From positions 1 to 45,433 of the forward strand of contig JACKGA010000005.1 in the NCBI GenBank assembly GCA_020632195.1: DNA of 45,433 nt, read 5' to 3'. Position 1 is the first letter of the stretch. Each line of letters opens with the position of its first letter. Source of the stretch: Candidatus Nomurabacteria bacterium. Its GTDB lineage: Bacteria > Patescibacteriota > Minisyncoccia > Phycocordibacterales > UBA1006. The notes beneath the pieces were generated by a model, which searched no databases, was not told the origin of the DNA, and saw only the letters and a program-made list of their open reading frames with translations. Positions 26,347 to 36,566 of this stretch are shown here, in pieces. The position numbers and the translations under genes were made by a program.

Positions 26347-26449
26347 ACGAGGATAAACATAGGGACGAACCTAAAGGGGTAGATACAGTATAGCAAGAAA
26401 TTTTCCACACAGACCTATGACTTGCACGAAAAATGCTACAATATTCTGC

Positions 26450-27034
26450 ATGATTAAAAAGTGGTTTTTCAAACTCAAATCCTGGGTTGCATCGCTGGCA
26501 CGCCATCGTTTTGCTGAGCCTATTCTTTTCTTTATTTCATTTGCTGAATCTTCATTCTTCCCAATCCCGCCAGATGTGATGTTGATCCCGATGGTCGCCG
26601 CCAATCGAAAAAAATGGTTTCGTCTTGCACTGATTACGACGATTGGTTCTGTGGTAGGAGCAATAGCTGGATATATGATCGGAATGTTCCTCTATGATGC
26701 GGTAGCTTTACCTCTTATTCAGACGTATCACTTGGAAACACAAATGATAGCTGTTGGGGCTTATTTTGATCAAGGAGCATTTTTAGCTATGTTGATATCT
26801 GCTTTTACTCCTATTCCATTTAAGATTTTTACTATTGCTGGTGGGCTCTTTCGGGTTGCCTTTCTTCCTTTTGTTATTGCGAGTATCATTGGTCGAGGAG
26901 CACGATTTTTCTTTGAAGCATTTATTGTCCATAAAGCAGGAGGTTATGTATCGCTCGAAAAAAATCCATACTGGTATATGATTTTGGGTCTTTTAATAGT
27001 GATTGCGATAGTAGTGTATTTTGTGGTGAAGTAA
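26450..27034 (+). CDS. YqaA/DedA family membrane protein
   Basis: SFAESSFFPIPPD, AFTPIPFKIFTIAGG, IGRGARFF. Confidence 0.92.
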   Translation: MIKKWFFKLKSWVASLARHRFAEPILFFISFAESSFFPIPPDVMLIPMVAANRKKWFRLALITTIGSVVGAIAGYMIGMFLYDAVALPLIQTYHLETQMIAVGAYFDQGAFLAMLISAFTPIPFKIFTIAGGLFRVAFLPFVIASIIGRGARFFFEAFIVHKAGGYVSLEKNPYWYMILGLLIVIAIVVYFVVK

Positions 27035-27078
27035 CATCACTTTCATCGCTTCTTTTATTTAGATGCTATAATTGATAT

Positions 27079-28122
27079 ATGCATTTCCCGTCACTTTTTA
27101 AAAAGAAATCAACATCTGTGCTCGGTATCGAAATTATCGGGCGCTCGATTCGCTGGGCTGAGGTTTATTCTACTAATAATGGTTTTGAGGTGCTTACCCA
27201 TGGCATGCTTGATACGGCGCATCAGCTGTGGAATACATCACTGGATATTGAAGATGGTCTTGTCGATAGTCTCGCTCCCTTGGCAGCATACCGGCATCTT
27301 CCTCTTGCATGTGTCTTGCCAGCCACTATGACCCAGACGGCATACCTTTCTATTCCTCTCGAGGAAAGAGCCAAGAGCCCTATCGAACATGTGATCAAGA
27401 CACATGTAGAATCGTATATTGTCGAACACGATACTTTGGTTACGAGTGATACCGTGTGTCTGTATGATGTACTTTCTCACACCAAACAGCGCGTAGAAAT
27501 TGCAGCGACGTTTTATAGGCTGTCAAAAGTACAACATCTGACCGATATATTGCATGCGCTGGGATTCAAAGATATTCAATATATTCCTTTTCATGACACA
27601 CTTCATGCGCTTCATATGGACCATGATCCATCACTGATTATATCAATGGCCGACCAGACGACCTCACTCTTCCAACTCCATGAGGGGACTCTGCGAGGGT
27701 TTGGGTCTGTTGCGCTAGGAGCATCAGATATTTTTGGCTTAATTCATGATACCGTAGGAGAAGATTTGGCGCCACGTGTGTATGCCCGCTACGGTATCAA
27801 GTCCAACCATCGTGATCCTAAGCTCTATAAAGCTCTGGTAGAAAAAACTCAAACCATCACCGACTTAGCACAACATATGATTACCGAATCCAACAAAGAT
27901 CACCATCTCATTATTGCTGGAGATCACGCTATGTTGCCCGGGCTCGATACTTTTTTTGCTACACAATTGCGTCGCACACCTCGGATACTAGAAGTGTGGC
28001 AACGTTTTATTGATCCCAACCAACAATTGCCGGTGATTGACGCGCATGATATGTTGCGTTTTGCCCCTGCGCTAGGTGCAGCAGTTGATTACCTAGACCG
28101 TCAGGGACAGTCAGGACGCTAG
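27079..28122 (+). CDS. pilM: Type IV pilus assembly protein PilM, divergent
   Basis: LGIEIIGRSIRWAE, actin-like fold, IAGDHAMLPGL, FAPALGAA. Confidence 0.7.
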   Translation: MHFPSLFKKKSTSVLGIEIIGRSIRWAEVYSTNNGFEVLTHGMLDTAHQLWNTSLDIEDGLVDSLAPLAAYRHLPLACVLPATMTQTAYLSIPLEERAKSPIEHVIKTHVESYIVEHDTLVTSDTVCLYDVLSHTKQRVEIAATFYRLSKVQHLTDILHALGFKDIQYIPFHDTLHALHMDHDPSLIISMADQTTSLFQLHEGTLRGFGSVALGASDIFGLIHDTVGEDLAPRVYARYGIKSNHRDPKLYKALVEKTQTITDLAQHMITESNKDHHLIIAGDHAMLPGLDTFFATQLRRTPRILEVWQRFIDPNQQLPVIDAHDMLRFAPALGAAVDYLDRQGQSGR

Positions 28123-28155
28123 TTCGTTATCTCCTATATCCTGTGCCAATCATTT

Positions 28156-28227
28156 GCCCCTGTAGTTTAATGGATAGAACAAGGGACTTCTAAGCCTTTA
28201 ATGGAGGTTCGATTCCTCCCGGGGGCA
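28156..28227 (+). tRNA. tRNA-Arg(TCT)
   Basis: GCCCCTG acceptor, loop CTTCTAA, GGTTCGATTCC T arm; CCA not encoded. Confidence 0.92.
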
Positions 28228-28294
28228 CATGATTGCACGGGATAGGTCATAGGGCGCTTATGCTTTCGTATTTTTATTTTGCTATACTTTCTCT

Positions 28295-28771
28295 ATGAAA
28301 AATCTTATCCCTAAACAACCTATTGTATTAGTCATTGCTCTTGCGATAGTGGCTACTATTATTCTTGTCCTGACTCAGATCAAGCTCATTCAAAAAGCGC
28401 CACTTGCCGACTCTCAAGATATTGTACAGGTCTTGCAAGAAAAATTTCCCTATTCAACGATCCACGAAGATATCCTTGATCCTGGCGTTATTGTCTTGGT
28501 GTATAATGGGCAGAGTGAACAGTGTAAGCGGGCGATTCGCTTTGTAGAAAGTCTAGGCAAAAAATATCCCGAATACCGCACCACAATCTATGTTATTGAC
28601 GGCAATGACTATCTGCATGAATTAAGCAAAGAAGAAACATGTTGGGTCAATACAGAATTGACCGAGCAATGGCTCATCTATCCAACAATTTTCTTCGAGG
28701 ATCAGGTCTTTGTGGGCTATGGTCCAGGAACTAAGTGGGAAATCAAAAAGATGTTGAGAGAAAAGATATAA
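28295..28771 (+). CDS. Membrane-anchored glutaredoxin/thioredoxin-like protein
   Basis: TM helix; SEQC (degenerate CxxC), second Cys, YPTIFF...FVGY cis-Pro motif. Confidence 0.6.
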   Translation: MKNLIPKQPIVLVIALAIVATIILVLTQIKLIQKAPLADSQDIVQVLQEKFPYSTIHEDILDPGVIVLVYNGQSEQCKRAIRFVESLGKKYPEYRTTIYVIDGNDYLHELSKEETCWVNTELTEQWLIYPTIFFEDQVFVGYGPGTKWEIKKMLREKI

Positions 28772-28860
28772 ATAGCCAAAGCATGGGGAGCGGACAACCA
28801 TGAGATGTATCGAGTTATATTTTCATATACGTCTTTTAAATATGGTAATATGTGGAATAT

Positions 28861-30207
28861 ATGCATGAAAAAATTCCCTCACCCAACAAGCAAGACACAC
28901 TCGCTGGAACATCTCAGAATCGCGAGCCTATAAAAATAAATCAGGAAGCTTTGCGTTATTTCTCTGGGACTGCAGATTCTATTGATTATCTTGCGGCGAA
29001 AAAGATTTTTGAAAAAAATATTGTTACAGGGAAATTTGATGCTGAGCTCATCAATACCCCAGAAACCATAGAAGCTTTAAAAATATTCATCCAAGGACAA
29101 AAAAATCATCCTCGGAGTACGGTTGAGGGAATTCTGGGAGAATTGAAAGCATCAGGAATGTTGGCTCAGCCAGTGAAAGAAAAAAAGAATAAAGTCATTG
29201 AAGAAGATCTGTATTCAGGGAGAGTTTCTCTCGAGCTTGTTGAGGCGCAACTCGACGAGTCAGCTCAGGAACTCCTTGCTGCCAATCTGCTCTTACGAGA
29301 AATTGAAAAGGCAAATATTTTTAGAAATAAAGCAGCGCTGTATGAATTGTACGAAAGGACTGCGTATTTAGAAAATAATCAAGATACTCATGAATTTCCT
29401 TATTATGCAGAATTTGCAAAATCAGGCTTTTTGCGCAATGGCGAAGAAGAAGCACAAAAAGATTTTACGGAGCTTCAAGAAGTCAAAAAACTTTTTGCTC
29501 AGCATGGTAGTCATATTACCACTCATGATCGAGAAAAAATAGAAGACACAAAAAAAATTGCAACCCTCACCGAGCGAGGTCTCGCTTTTGGGGTGTCTCA
29601 AGTGGGGTGGTACGGTGAACAGGTTAAAATGATTCCGACTTCAGAATTCGATGATGTAAAAAGAGGGGTTGATGGGGTTCTAGAAATTATAAAAGAAGAC
29701 ACAGAGAGTGATTTTATTGGGTTGGGTATTGATGTTACGTTTCGAGGACTTCAGAGCGAAGAATTCAAAAGTAAGTTTTTCAGGATGCTCGATTCTTTAA
29801 CTCATGGGCATCAGACACGTATCAAATATGGAACCGATCATACCGGTGCTCCTATGAAAGAATTTGCTGTGCCTAAAATTCTTATCCACTTTGATATTGG
29901 TGATGTTAAAGATATTGTCCATATGTTGCAACAGGCTGATTCCCCTACCTTGCAAAAAGATTTTGTTAACAGCCCTCAAAAATTTATGGTCATGAAGCAG
30001 ATTGTCCATCAATGCCTGATGCTCTCAGGATTTGCAGAAGAAGTAAAAAATCCTATTTTCCGTAGATATAATGCCATCATTAGTTCTTTGAAAGAGCTCT
30101 CATGGAAAAGCCCGCTCATTAGCGATATGCTTGAATCAATCGAGTATGACGAGGTTTCTGATCGGCTCAATCAACTCATTTCTGAATTTAAGAATATGAA
30201 TCGCTAA
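28861..30207 (+). CDS. Hypothetical protein (CPR-type, possible PD-(D/E)xK-like fold)
   Basis: 448 aa; TSEFDDVKRGVDGVLE...GIDVT. Confidence 0.7.
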   Translation: MHEKIPSPNKQDTLAGTSQNREPIKINQEALRYFSGTADSIDYLAAKKIFEKNIVTGKFDAELINTPETIEALKIFIQGQKNHPRSTVEGILGELKASGMLAQPVKEKKNKVIEEDLYSGRVSLELVEAQLDESAQELLAANLLLREIEKANIFRNKAALYELYERTAYLENNQDTHEFPYYAEFAKSGFLRNGEEEAQKDFTELQEVKKLFAQHGSHITTHDREKIEDTKKIATLTERGLAFGVSQVGWYGEQVKMIPTSEFDDVKRGVDGVLEIIKEDTESDFIGLGIDVTFRGLQSEEFKSKFFRMLDSLTHGHQTRIKYGTDHTGAPMKEFAVPKILIHFDIGDVKDIVHMLQQADSPTLQKDFVNSPQKFMVMKQIVHQCLMLSGFAEEVKNPIFRRYNAIISSLKELSWKSPLISDMLESIEYDEVSDRLNQLISEFKNMNR

Positions 30208-30261
30208 TACAGGGAAAATCTGCACGAAGAGAGGAACCTCAGGATTTGCAGAAGAAGTAAA
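30024..30261 (+). repeat. 24-nt direct repeat
   Basis: CTCAGGATTTGCAGAAGAAGTAAA at 30024-30047 and 30238-30261. Confidence 0.9.
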
Positions 30262-30754
30262 TATAGAAATTTTAGAAGATGGAAAAAGATAGTTTGTAGT
30301 ATTTTTAAAAACCAGAAAACAACGGAGATTGAAATTCGATTTATCAGAACTTACAATTGCGCCAGCAATTGGTCTTATGATTATTGTAAGTTATCTTACA
30401 TGCATAGACACAAGTGATATTGAAAAGAAAAGTGATAATGACAGCATAGGAGAAAAGCTCCTAAAGCAGTCATCAAAACTGCCTTACAATCAGCATTTGT
30501 ATTGTTGTTCAATTCATGTAGTCAAAAAACTGCAAAAAACACCGCATTCAGTATCGCTGGGTAGCGGCTTTTTTGTACTCGTTTTTTTGCTACTCAACTA
30601 CCTCGCACTTTGAACCATATCCTCAATTGCGAGGGGTTAGGCTACTTAATTGTCGTTGTTAATTATACGTGAATTATTGATCGATGAAAATGAAGTAACA
30701 AAAAAGAACCCAAAATCATAATGATTCTGGGTTCGTTAGGATATTGTTCGGATT

Positions 30755-30958
30755 TCATAATCCATTTTTCGTATCTTGATATTCACTATTACCAATGAAC
30801 ATACCGCCAATAGAGAATACTCCGCTTATAACTAATGCGGCACTTAAATCAACACGATTTGCTGAGACGATAAAAGACAAAAAACCAAATAATAAACCAT
30901 AAAACACAATCCAAGAAAATCTTTTCATTTTTAATACATTTTGATTTAACTCCATCAT
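30755..30958 (-). CDS. Small membrane protein
   Basis: Two TM helices, AT-rich, followed by a GAACCCA/TGGGTTC hairpin. Confidence 0.55.
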   Translation of the reverse strand: MMELNQNVLKMKRFSWIVFYGLLFGFLSFIVSANRVDLSAALVISGVFSIGGMFIGNSEYQDTKNGL

Positions 30959-31079
30959 ACCCAAATCATTGACGTAGTCAATATCGCGTAGTATTTTCAA
31001 ATCAAATTGATAAAAATAATATCAAAATGGATAGAGATCAATTATTAGTATTCACTAACTTAGTGAGACACTTCAGTAA

Positions 31080-31373
31080 AAATTTACAGAAGGTAAAATC
31101 GACGAACTCCATCAGCATATTACCGATCTCGAAGAGGAAATTATCAGCTCAAAGTCAACAATTAAGACTTATGAGGATTTCCACGAACTTTGGTCTAAAA
31201 TGGCTAAAAATATACGTTCTATGGACAATATGGAGCAACTCAACGAATTCCTCCTAAAAGTCTTCACGAACTTTGTAGTAAGTCGAAAAAACGTTATTTC
31301 ACATACGTTAAATGCCCCTTTCGAGGCATTAGAACGTGCAAATGATGCAATTGTTTCGGACGGTGGGAGATAA
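31080..31373 (+). pseudogene. C-terminal remnant of a probable serine recombinase ending in tRNA-Val
   Basis: ~97-codon open frame without a start (KFTEGKIDELHQ...VFTNFVVSRKNVISHTLNAPFEAL...VSDGGR*); stop lies in the tRNA 3' end on the antisense strand. Confidence 0.6.
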
Positions 31374-31437
31374 GGGACTCGAACCCCTGACCTTTTCGGT
31401 GTAAACGAACTGCTCTAGCCAACTGAGCTAATCTCCC
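31364..31437 (-). tRNA. tRNA-Val(TAC)
   Basis: GGGAGATTAGCTCAGTTGG...TTTACAC...GGTTCGAGTCCC TTATCTCCCA. Confidence 0.95.
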
Positions 31438-31543
31438 ATTTACCGTAGGGTACTATATATGAAAAAAAATATTTTTCAATAGTCTCAATTATTGAAAATA
31501 AAGAAAACAATAAAGTGCCCATATGGGCACTTTATTGTTTTCT

Positions 31544-31753
31544 TTATCCTTCGTTGTTATTTTCGTGGTAGCTTTCCATTGCTTCTCGTCGCTCTGCGGG
31601 AGACATATTAGTTACATCCATAAGAGTACCGTCAGGCATAGTCATAAATTCAATCTCTTGAGAGGTCTCAGGGGTAGTATCATTAGACATCTCAGCATTT
31701 TCAGTAGTATCTGCTTCATTATTGTTTGTAAAATTTGGTGTTTCAAATGACAT
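31544..31753 (-). CDS. Small acidic hypothetical protein
   Basis: 69 aa after a TTGACA...TATGAT-type promoter region. Confidence 0.55.
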   Translation of the reverse strand: MSFETPNFTNNNEADTTENAEMSNDTTPETSQEIEFMTMPDGTLMDVTNMSPAERREAMESYHENNNEG

Positions 31754-31866
31754 ATAAATAAAAATGTGTATAAACACTTGACTAATACATAATGAATTGT
31801 ATCATTATAGTAAATTTTTGTCAAGGCGCAGAGCGCCCTTTTTTAACTAAAAAAATAAAATAAAAA

Positions 31867-32340
31867 ATGGAAACATTCTATTTAACTGAGAAAGTCAGCA
31901 TACCTTTGGCAGATAGGTTTTCTCATTTTTGTGAAGAGCTATCTCCTGATGTAGAGAGTATACTCATCATTGTAGACAGCCACGGAGGAGATGCCAATGC
32001 AGCCTTTCGGATGGCTGGAAAGATTAAAGAAATCAAAGATAGGGGGGTGAAGGTAACAATGTTTGCTCTCAACAATCTGTCTTCAGCTGCTCTCTTTATC
32101 TTTTTGCGAGGGTCTAGGCGCTTGATCATTCCATCTGTGCAGGCGATATTACATCTACCAGAGAACCCAAGTTTTTCTAACGATGATCCAGAGATGCAAA
32201 AAGGACGCCTCCTTGTTGCAGGCTACATCGCTAGTCACACGGGTCAGACGGTACAATGGGTGCAGGAGAATGATAAAAAAATACTATCAGCAACCCAGCT
32301 TATCTCTCTTGGTTTTGCAGATGAGATAGTATGTGTATGA
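31867..32340 (+). CDS. ClpP/crotonase-like protease subunit
   Basis: DSHGGD, LSSAA (Ser), ILHLP (His), ENDKILSATQLISLGFADEI. Confidence 0.75.
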   Translation: METFYLTEKVSIPLADRFSHFCEELSPDVESILIIVDSHGGDANAAFRMAGKIKEIKDRGVKVTMFALNNLSSAALFIFLRGSRRLIIPSVQAILHLPENPSFSNDDPEMQKGRLLVAGYIASHTGQTVQWVQENDKKILSATQLISLGFADEIVCV

Positions 32341-32381
32341 GACACAGATACCCAGCATATGATATGCTGGGTATTATTTTT

Positions 32382-33122
32382 ATGGAAATTCTATTCCAAA
32401 ACAACCACTACCTCATTATTTCAAAGCCTGCGGGATTAGTGGTGCATAGCGATGGGCGCACGGATGAGCCGACTGTTGTAGATTGGATTCTTGCTACATA
32501 CCCAGAGATTGCTGGGGTGGGGGAAGATTGGGAAAACGACCAGGGCGCAATGATTCTGCGTTCAGGGATTGTACATCGCCTCGATCGCGATACATCAGGA
32601 GTGATGGTCATTGCTCGTACTCAGGAAATGTTTGATCATCTGAAACAACAATTCAAAGATCGTCGTATTCAGAAAGAATACCTTGCCTATGTGTATGGAT
32701 GGGTAAGGGAAGGCATGGGGGTCATCAATGCTCCTCTTGGTAAAAGCCGTAGGGACTTTCGTCGCTGGTCAGCCTCACGTGGGGCACGGGGCACTTTGCG
32801 TGAAGCTATTACCGAATACGAAGTTCTCAAACGATTTACTGATCAAAAAGGAAATCAGTTTTCCTATGTAATATTTCGTCCTAAGACGGGACGCACTCAT
32901 CAGATTCGTGTCCATGCGCAGTATCTCAATCATCCATTGGTTGCCGATACGCTCTATGCAGGGAAGAATATTAAAAAAGGGACACTTGGGTTCGATCGCC
33001 ATGCGCTGCACGCCCATAGAATCACATTCCATGACCTTGATAATACAGAAGTTTCATATGAAGCTTCTCTTCCTCCCGACTTCACTTCTGCACAGCAAGT
33101 GAGTATAATAGAAGAAAGGTAG
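32382..33122 (+). CDS. RluA family pseudouridine synthase
   Basis: KPAGLVVH, HRLDRDTSG, TGRTHQIRVH, ALHAHRI. Confidence 0.95.
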   Translation: MEILFQNNHYLIISKPAGLVVHSDGRTDEPTVVDWILATYPEIAGVGEDWENDQGAMILRSGIVHRLDRDTSGVMVIARTQEMFDHLKQQFKDRRIQKEYLAYVYGWVREGMGVINAPLGKSRRDFRRWSASRGARGTLREAITEYEVLKRFTDQKGNQFSYVIFRPKTGRTHQIRVHAQYLNHPLVADTLYAGKNIKKGTLGFDRHALHAHRITFHDLDNTEVSYEASLPPDFTSAQQVSIIEER

Positions 33123-33434
33123 GTAGCATGTACATTTCCTTATAGTAGCGTGTCTGTTGGGCGATAACTGGGTGCCCAGACGCCAGACATAGTAGTAGCT
33201 TTTGGTACATATTTTTTCATTAAACAAAAGGAGATAGGGTGCAAAGGATAAAAGCAATCCCCCGATCAGTCAAAAGTTCTTTTCGATTTTTCGTTAAAAG
33301 GACACCAGACGGCAAGGTGTGAAGACAATTTTTTTAATAACAAGCAGGGTCCTGTAAAAATTGACAGGGCCCTTGCATTTTATCCAGTTTTTTGTAGTAT
33401 AGCCCCTGTTTAAAGAAATAACTTCAATATATAT

Positions 33435-33974
33435 ATGACAGCAACAGCAGAACAATTTTTATCTCCAGCAATGCGCGTCCGCAAAGATCTTGATGTGCGC
33501 CCAGGTGACGTGGTACGTGTACATGTAAAAATTACCGAAAAAGGTAAGACACGTATTCAGATTTTTGAAGGACTTGTCCTCGCTCGCAAGCACGGTACTG
33601 AAAATGGTGGAACGATTACCGTTCGCAAAGTATCGGGTGGTATTGGCGTAGAGCGTGTGTTTCCACTGTATGCTCCAATGATTGATAAAATCGAAGTCGT
33701 AAAGCGTTCACGTGTTCGCCGTTCGAAATTATACTACTTGCGTGACAAGGTAGCTCGCGAAGTACGTCGTAAGATGCGTAATTTTGTATCATTCTTTGCG
33801 TCATCATCTGACCTAGAGATCCCAGCAGAAGAAATGATGGACGAAACTCCGGAAGAAGAGACAGAAGTAGCGGAAGTAGAAACAACAACCGATGAATCAC
33901 TAGCAGAAGAAAAGGATGCTCACGAAGATACTTCGGCTGAAGAATCAGAAACCACAGAAGAAAAAGAAGGATAA
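33435..33974 (+). CDS. rplS: 50S ribosomal protein L19 with acidic C-terminal extension
   Basis: [33 protein letters not shown]. Confidence 0.97.
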   Translation: MTATAEQFLSPAMRVRKDLDVRPGDVVRVHVKITEKGKTRIQIFEGLVLARKHGTENGGTITVRKVSGGIGVERVFPLYAPMIDKIEVVKRSRVRRSKLYYLRDKVAREVRRKMRNFVSFFASSSDLEIPAEEMMDETPEEETEVAEVETTTDESLAEEKDAHEDTSAEESETTEEKEG

Positions 33975-34213
33975 GTATAAAGACGACATCCAAACACCGT
34001 CATCCCCATGAAAATGGGGATTTCGTTGTATATGGGTAATAGAGTTTTGGAAACCTTGGGGGCAACTCTTTTCTCGTCTTTTTTGGATAGTATAAAAAAG
34101 AGCCAAAATCTTTCGGAATCCGAGGTGAATTGTTGGTAGTGAAGAATAGGGGTTGGTTGGAGAAGGAGTAATTTTGTTTATATATTCTCTGAGATTTTAT
34201 ATAATAGAGATAT

Positions 34214-35605
34214 ATGGAAAACTTTCCAAAACCTGTAAATAAACAAGAGCAAAAAGAAGAAATCAAAAATCTTGAAGGTATTGATTTTGTATTTGAACAA
34301 TATCCTGAAATTAAACAAATAGCCCAAGAATCCCTTGAACCCTCTTTTGAAGATAAAAAACGTATATTTGAGATGTTACGGTCAAACCTTATTGATTCAG
34401 TACGTGATGTCGAAGACTATGAAAAATATAATGGTAATACTCTTGCAGTTAAAGATTTTTCTGAAGATTCTTATAAATTACTCTTGCAAGGATTGGAAGA
34501 AAAGAACATTGATGTACAACCAAGGTTAAATAAATTGAAGAAGGATCTTGAAGAGATTAATCTTACAAACGTAATGCCAGAAGGTGCTGATGTGATGGAT
34601 TATTTTAATCCTGCTACAGGTGAATTTTCAGTCTATAATTCTAAGGAAGAAAAAGATTCATTTTTAAAAAATACCGAACACGATATTGAGCTTTTAAAAT
34701 ATTTAGAGAACAAAGACGAGAAAGCTAAAGAAATATACGAAAAATATTTAGAAACTATTTTCCTCCAAAGTCAGATTAAGGATATTGTATATCACGGTGG
34801 TCCAGAAGGTATTGAGAAGTTTGACAAGAATGCAAAATCTTGTGACAACATAGAAAATAAAAGTAAGGGAAGATTTTTTACAGGAATATATAATCTAGCA
34901 AAAGTTTATGCAGAGAAAGCTCAAATAATACACGGACATTCACAGATTTACCCAGTGATAGTCAATATTACAAACCCAATTACCGTTACTGATAAGTTAA
35001 AGCTAGATGAAGAATTGTATCCAAACAATGATTCTATAATTCATGAATCTAGTCTTCAAACAGACAAATTTGAGGAGCTTGTTGTTTTTGAAACCGATCA
35101 GATCCATATTCTTGGCTCAAAAAAAGACCAAGAAATGTTTAAAGAGTTTTTGAATAAAAACGAAGGCGAATTATCAAAGCTAGAACTACCACCTATTTCA
35201 ATAGTTGAAAACCCAACAGAACTTCAAAAGAAAATAAAAGGTTCAATGTCTAGTATGGATTTTAATATAGAATCTGGTAATGATGAGATTGGTACATTTA
35301 CTTTGAATGTTATGGGTAGACCAGGTGAAGAAGGTTATGGATATTTTAATACCATTAAACTAGAAGAAGAATTTCGAGGAAAAGATTATGGTAAATCAGT
35401 ATACCTTCAAGTAATTAAAAAACTCAAAGAAGACAATAAAAAATTATCGACAGAATGGACATTAACAAAAGGAGCAGATGCTGTCTGGCAATGGCTTGTT
35501 GAGAATGGCTATGCTCGCGTTAAACAAGAAGGAGAACGTAATGAGGAAAATAAAGGTGCGGGATATAGTACGTATCAATATGAATCTTTAATCGAAGCAA
35601 AATAA
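34214..35605 (+). CDS. ART-like (ART-PolyVal) plus GNAT multidomain protein
   Basis: IVYHG...FFT...AKVYA...IYPVIVNITNP...EELVVF; C-terminal EEFRGKDYGKSVY GNAT motif A. Confidence 0.65.
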   Translation: MENFPKPVNKQEQKEEIKNLEGIDFVFEQYPEIKQIAQESLEPSFEDKKRIFEMLRSNLIDSVRDVEDYEKYNGNTLAVKDFSEDSYKLLLQGLEEKNIDVQPRLNKLKKDLEEINLTNVMPEGADVMDYFNPATGEFSVYNSKEEKDSFLKNTEHDIELLKYLENKDEKAKEIYEKYLETIFLQSQIKDIVYHGGPEGIEKFDKNAKSCDNIENKSKGRFFTGIYNLAKVYAEKAQIIHGHSQIYPVIVNITNPITVTDKLKLDEELYPNNDSIIHESSLQTDKFEELVVFETDQIHILGSKKDQEMFKEFLNKNEGELSKLELPPISIVENPTELQKKIKGSMSSMDFNIESGNDEIGTFTLNVMGRPGEEGYGYFNTIKLEEEFRGKDYGKSVYLQVIKKLKEDNKKLSTEWTLTKGADAVWQWLVENGYARVKQEGERNEENKGAGYSTYQYESLIEAK

Positions 35606-35668
35606 AAAACCTTATTTAAGGTTTTTTATTTTGCTTCGAACCAATTCACTCGTGCTAGCTCTCGTGTG

Positions 35669-35750
35669 TGCCCAAGGCGGGACTCGAACCCGCATGCCAA
35701 AAAGGCCATGGCCCTCAACCATGTGTGTATACCAGTTCCACCACCTGGGC
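35669..35750 (-). tRNA. tRNA-Leu(GAG)
   Basis: GCCCAGG acceptor, CATGG-TTGAGGG-CCATG, variable arm, GGTTCGAGTCC. Confidence 0.95.
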
Positions 35751-35824
35751 ATTGAGGACGAAGCACATTATGCACTTTTTGATATGTTTTTCAATAGAAA
35801 ACTTTCTGGTATACTGTGAGCAAT

Positions 35825-36505
35825 ATGCAATACAGTACCCCAGAACTTCTTTCATATATCCGCGAACAACTTGCCGCTGGCTTTACGCGTCCAGTTCTTC
35901 ATTCGACACTTGAACAAGCAGGCTGGTCGCAAGCTGCGATCGATGAGGCTTTTATGATCATCGTTGCCGAGGAAAAGAATCCCGTAGTATCAGTACAAAC
36001 ACAAATCCCGGATAATATCCCTCCTCTCGTTGAGACGGCTCAATCACAGGCGCAACAACCTGCTACTACGGCTGGCGTGCTCGATAGCATGTTGGATATT
36101 CCAGTATCTCAAGATTCAGGAGTATCTCATACTTTTCTTCCTGCTGATAATCAGACATCCCTGCAATCACCAACCATCTCTGAATATCAACAGCCTACCA
36201 CACCTTCACTTGATCATTCGTTCCAGATGTCGGGAGCAGAAATAAATACATCATCAGAAGGGTCTCTTCAGGAGACATTACCTCGTGATTCTTTGGAGCA
36301 TATGAACAATCTCGCAAAGCCATATATCCAAAAACATGTTTACCATTGGTGGCAGTTCGTAATTCTGGGCATTTTGGTTATTGTGATTCTTTTTCTGATG
36401 CTCCTTATCCTTAAAGCTCTCAATGTATATGATGTGATTTCAATTAATACGCCAGCTTGGATAGATGCATCTTCTCGGTGGGTACAAGTGCTTTTTTCAA
36501 AATAA
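35825..36505 (+). CDS. Membrane protein with CPR-type N-terminal helical domain
   Basis: LLSYIREQLAAG...AGWSQAAIDEAF, low-complexity linker, C-terminal TM helix. Confidence 0.7.
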   Translation: MQYSTPELLSYIREQLAAGFTRPVLHSTLEQAGWSQAAIDEAFMIIVAEEKNPVVSVQTQIPDNIPPLVETAQSQAQQPATTAGVLDSMLDIPVSQDSGVSHTFLPADNQTSLQSPTISEYQQPTTPSLDHSFQMSGAEINTSSEGSLQETLPRDSLEHMNNLAKPYIQKHVYHWWQFVILGILVIVILFLMLLILKALNVYDVISINTPAWIDASSRWVQVLFSK

Positions 36506-36566
36506 CCTAGCTTTTTCTTTTGTTTTTTGATATTCTCGTTGGCGTATTCGATGAGAATGCATTTAT

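Noticed and set aside
33123-33434. L19 autoregulatory leader or small ORF upstream of rplS
   Set aside because: Hairpins are present, but the apparent rplS promoter (TTGCAT...TAGTAT) lies downstream of them, and the 36-codon GTG ORF has no support.
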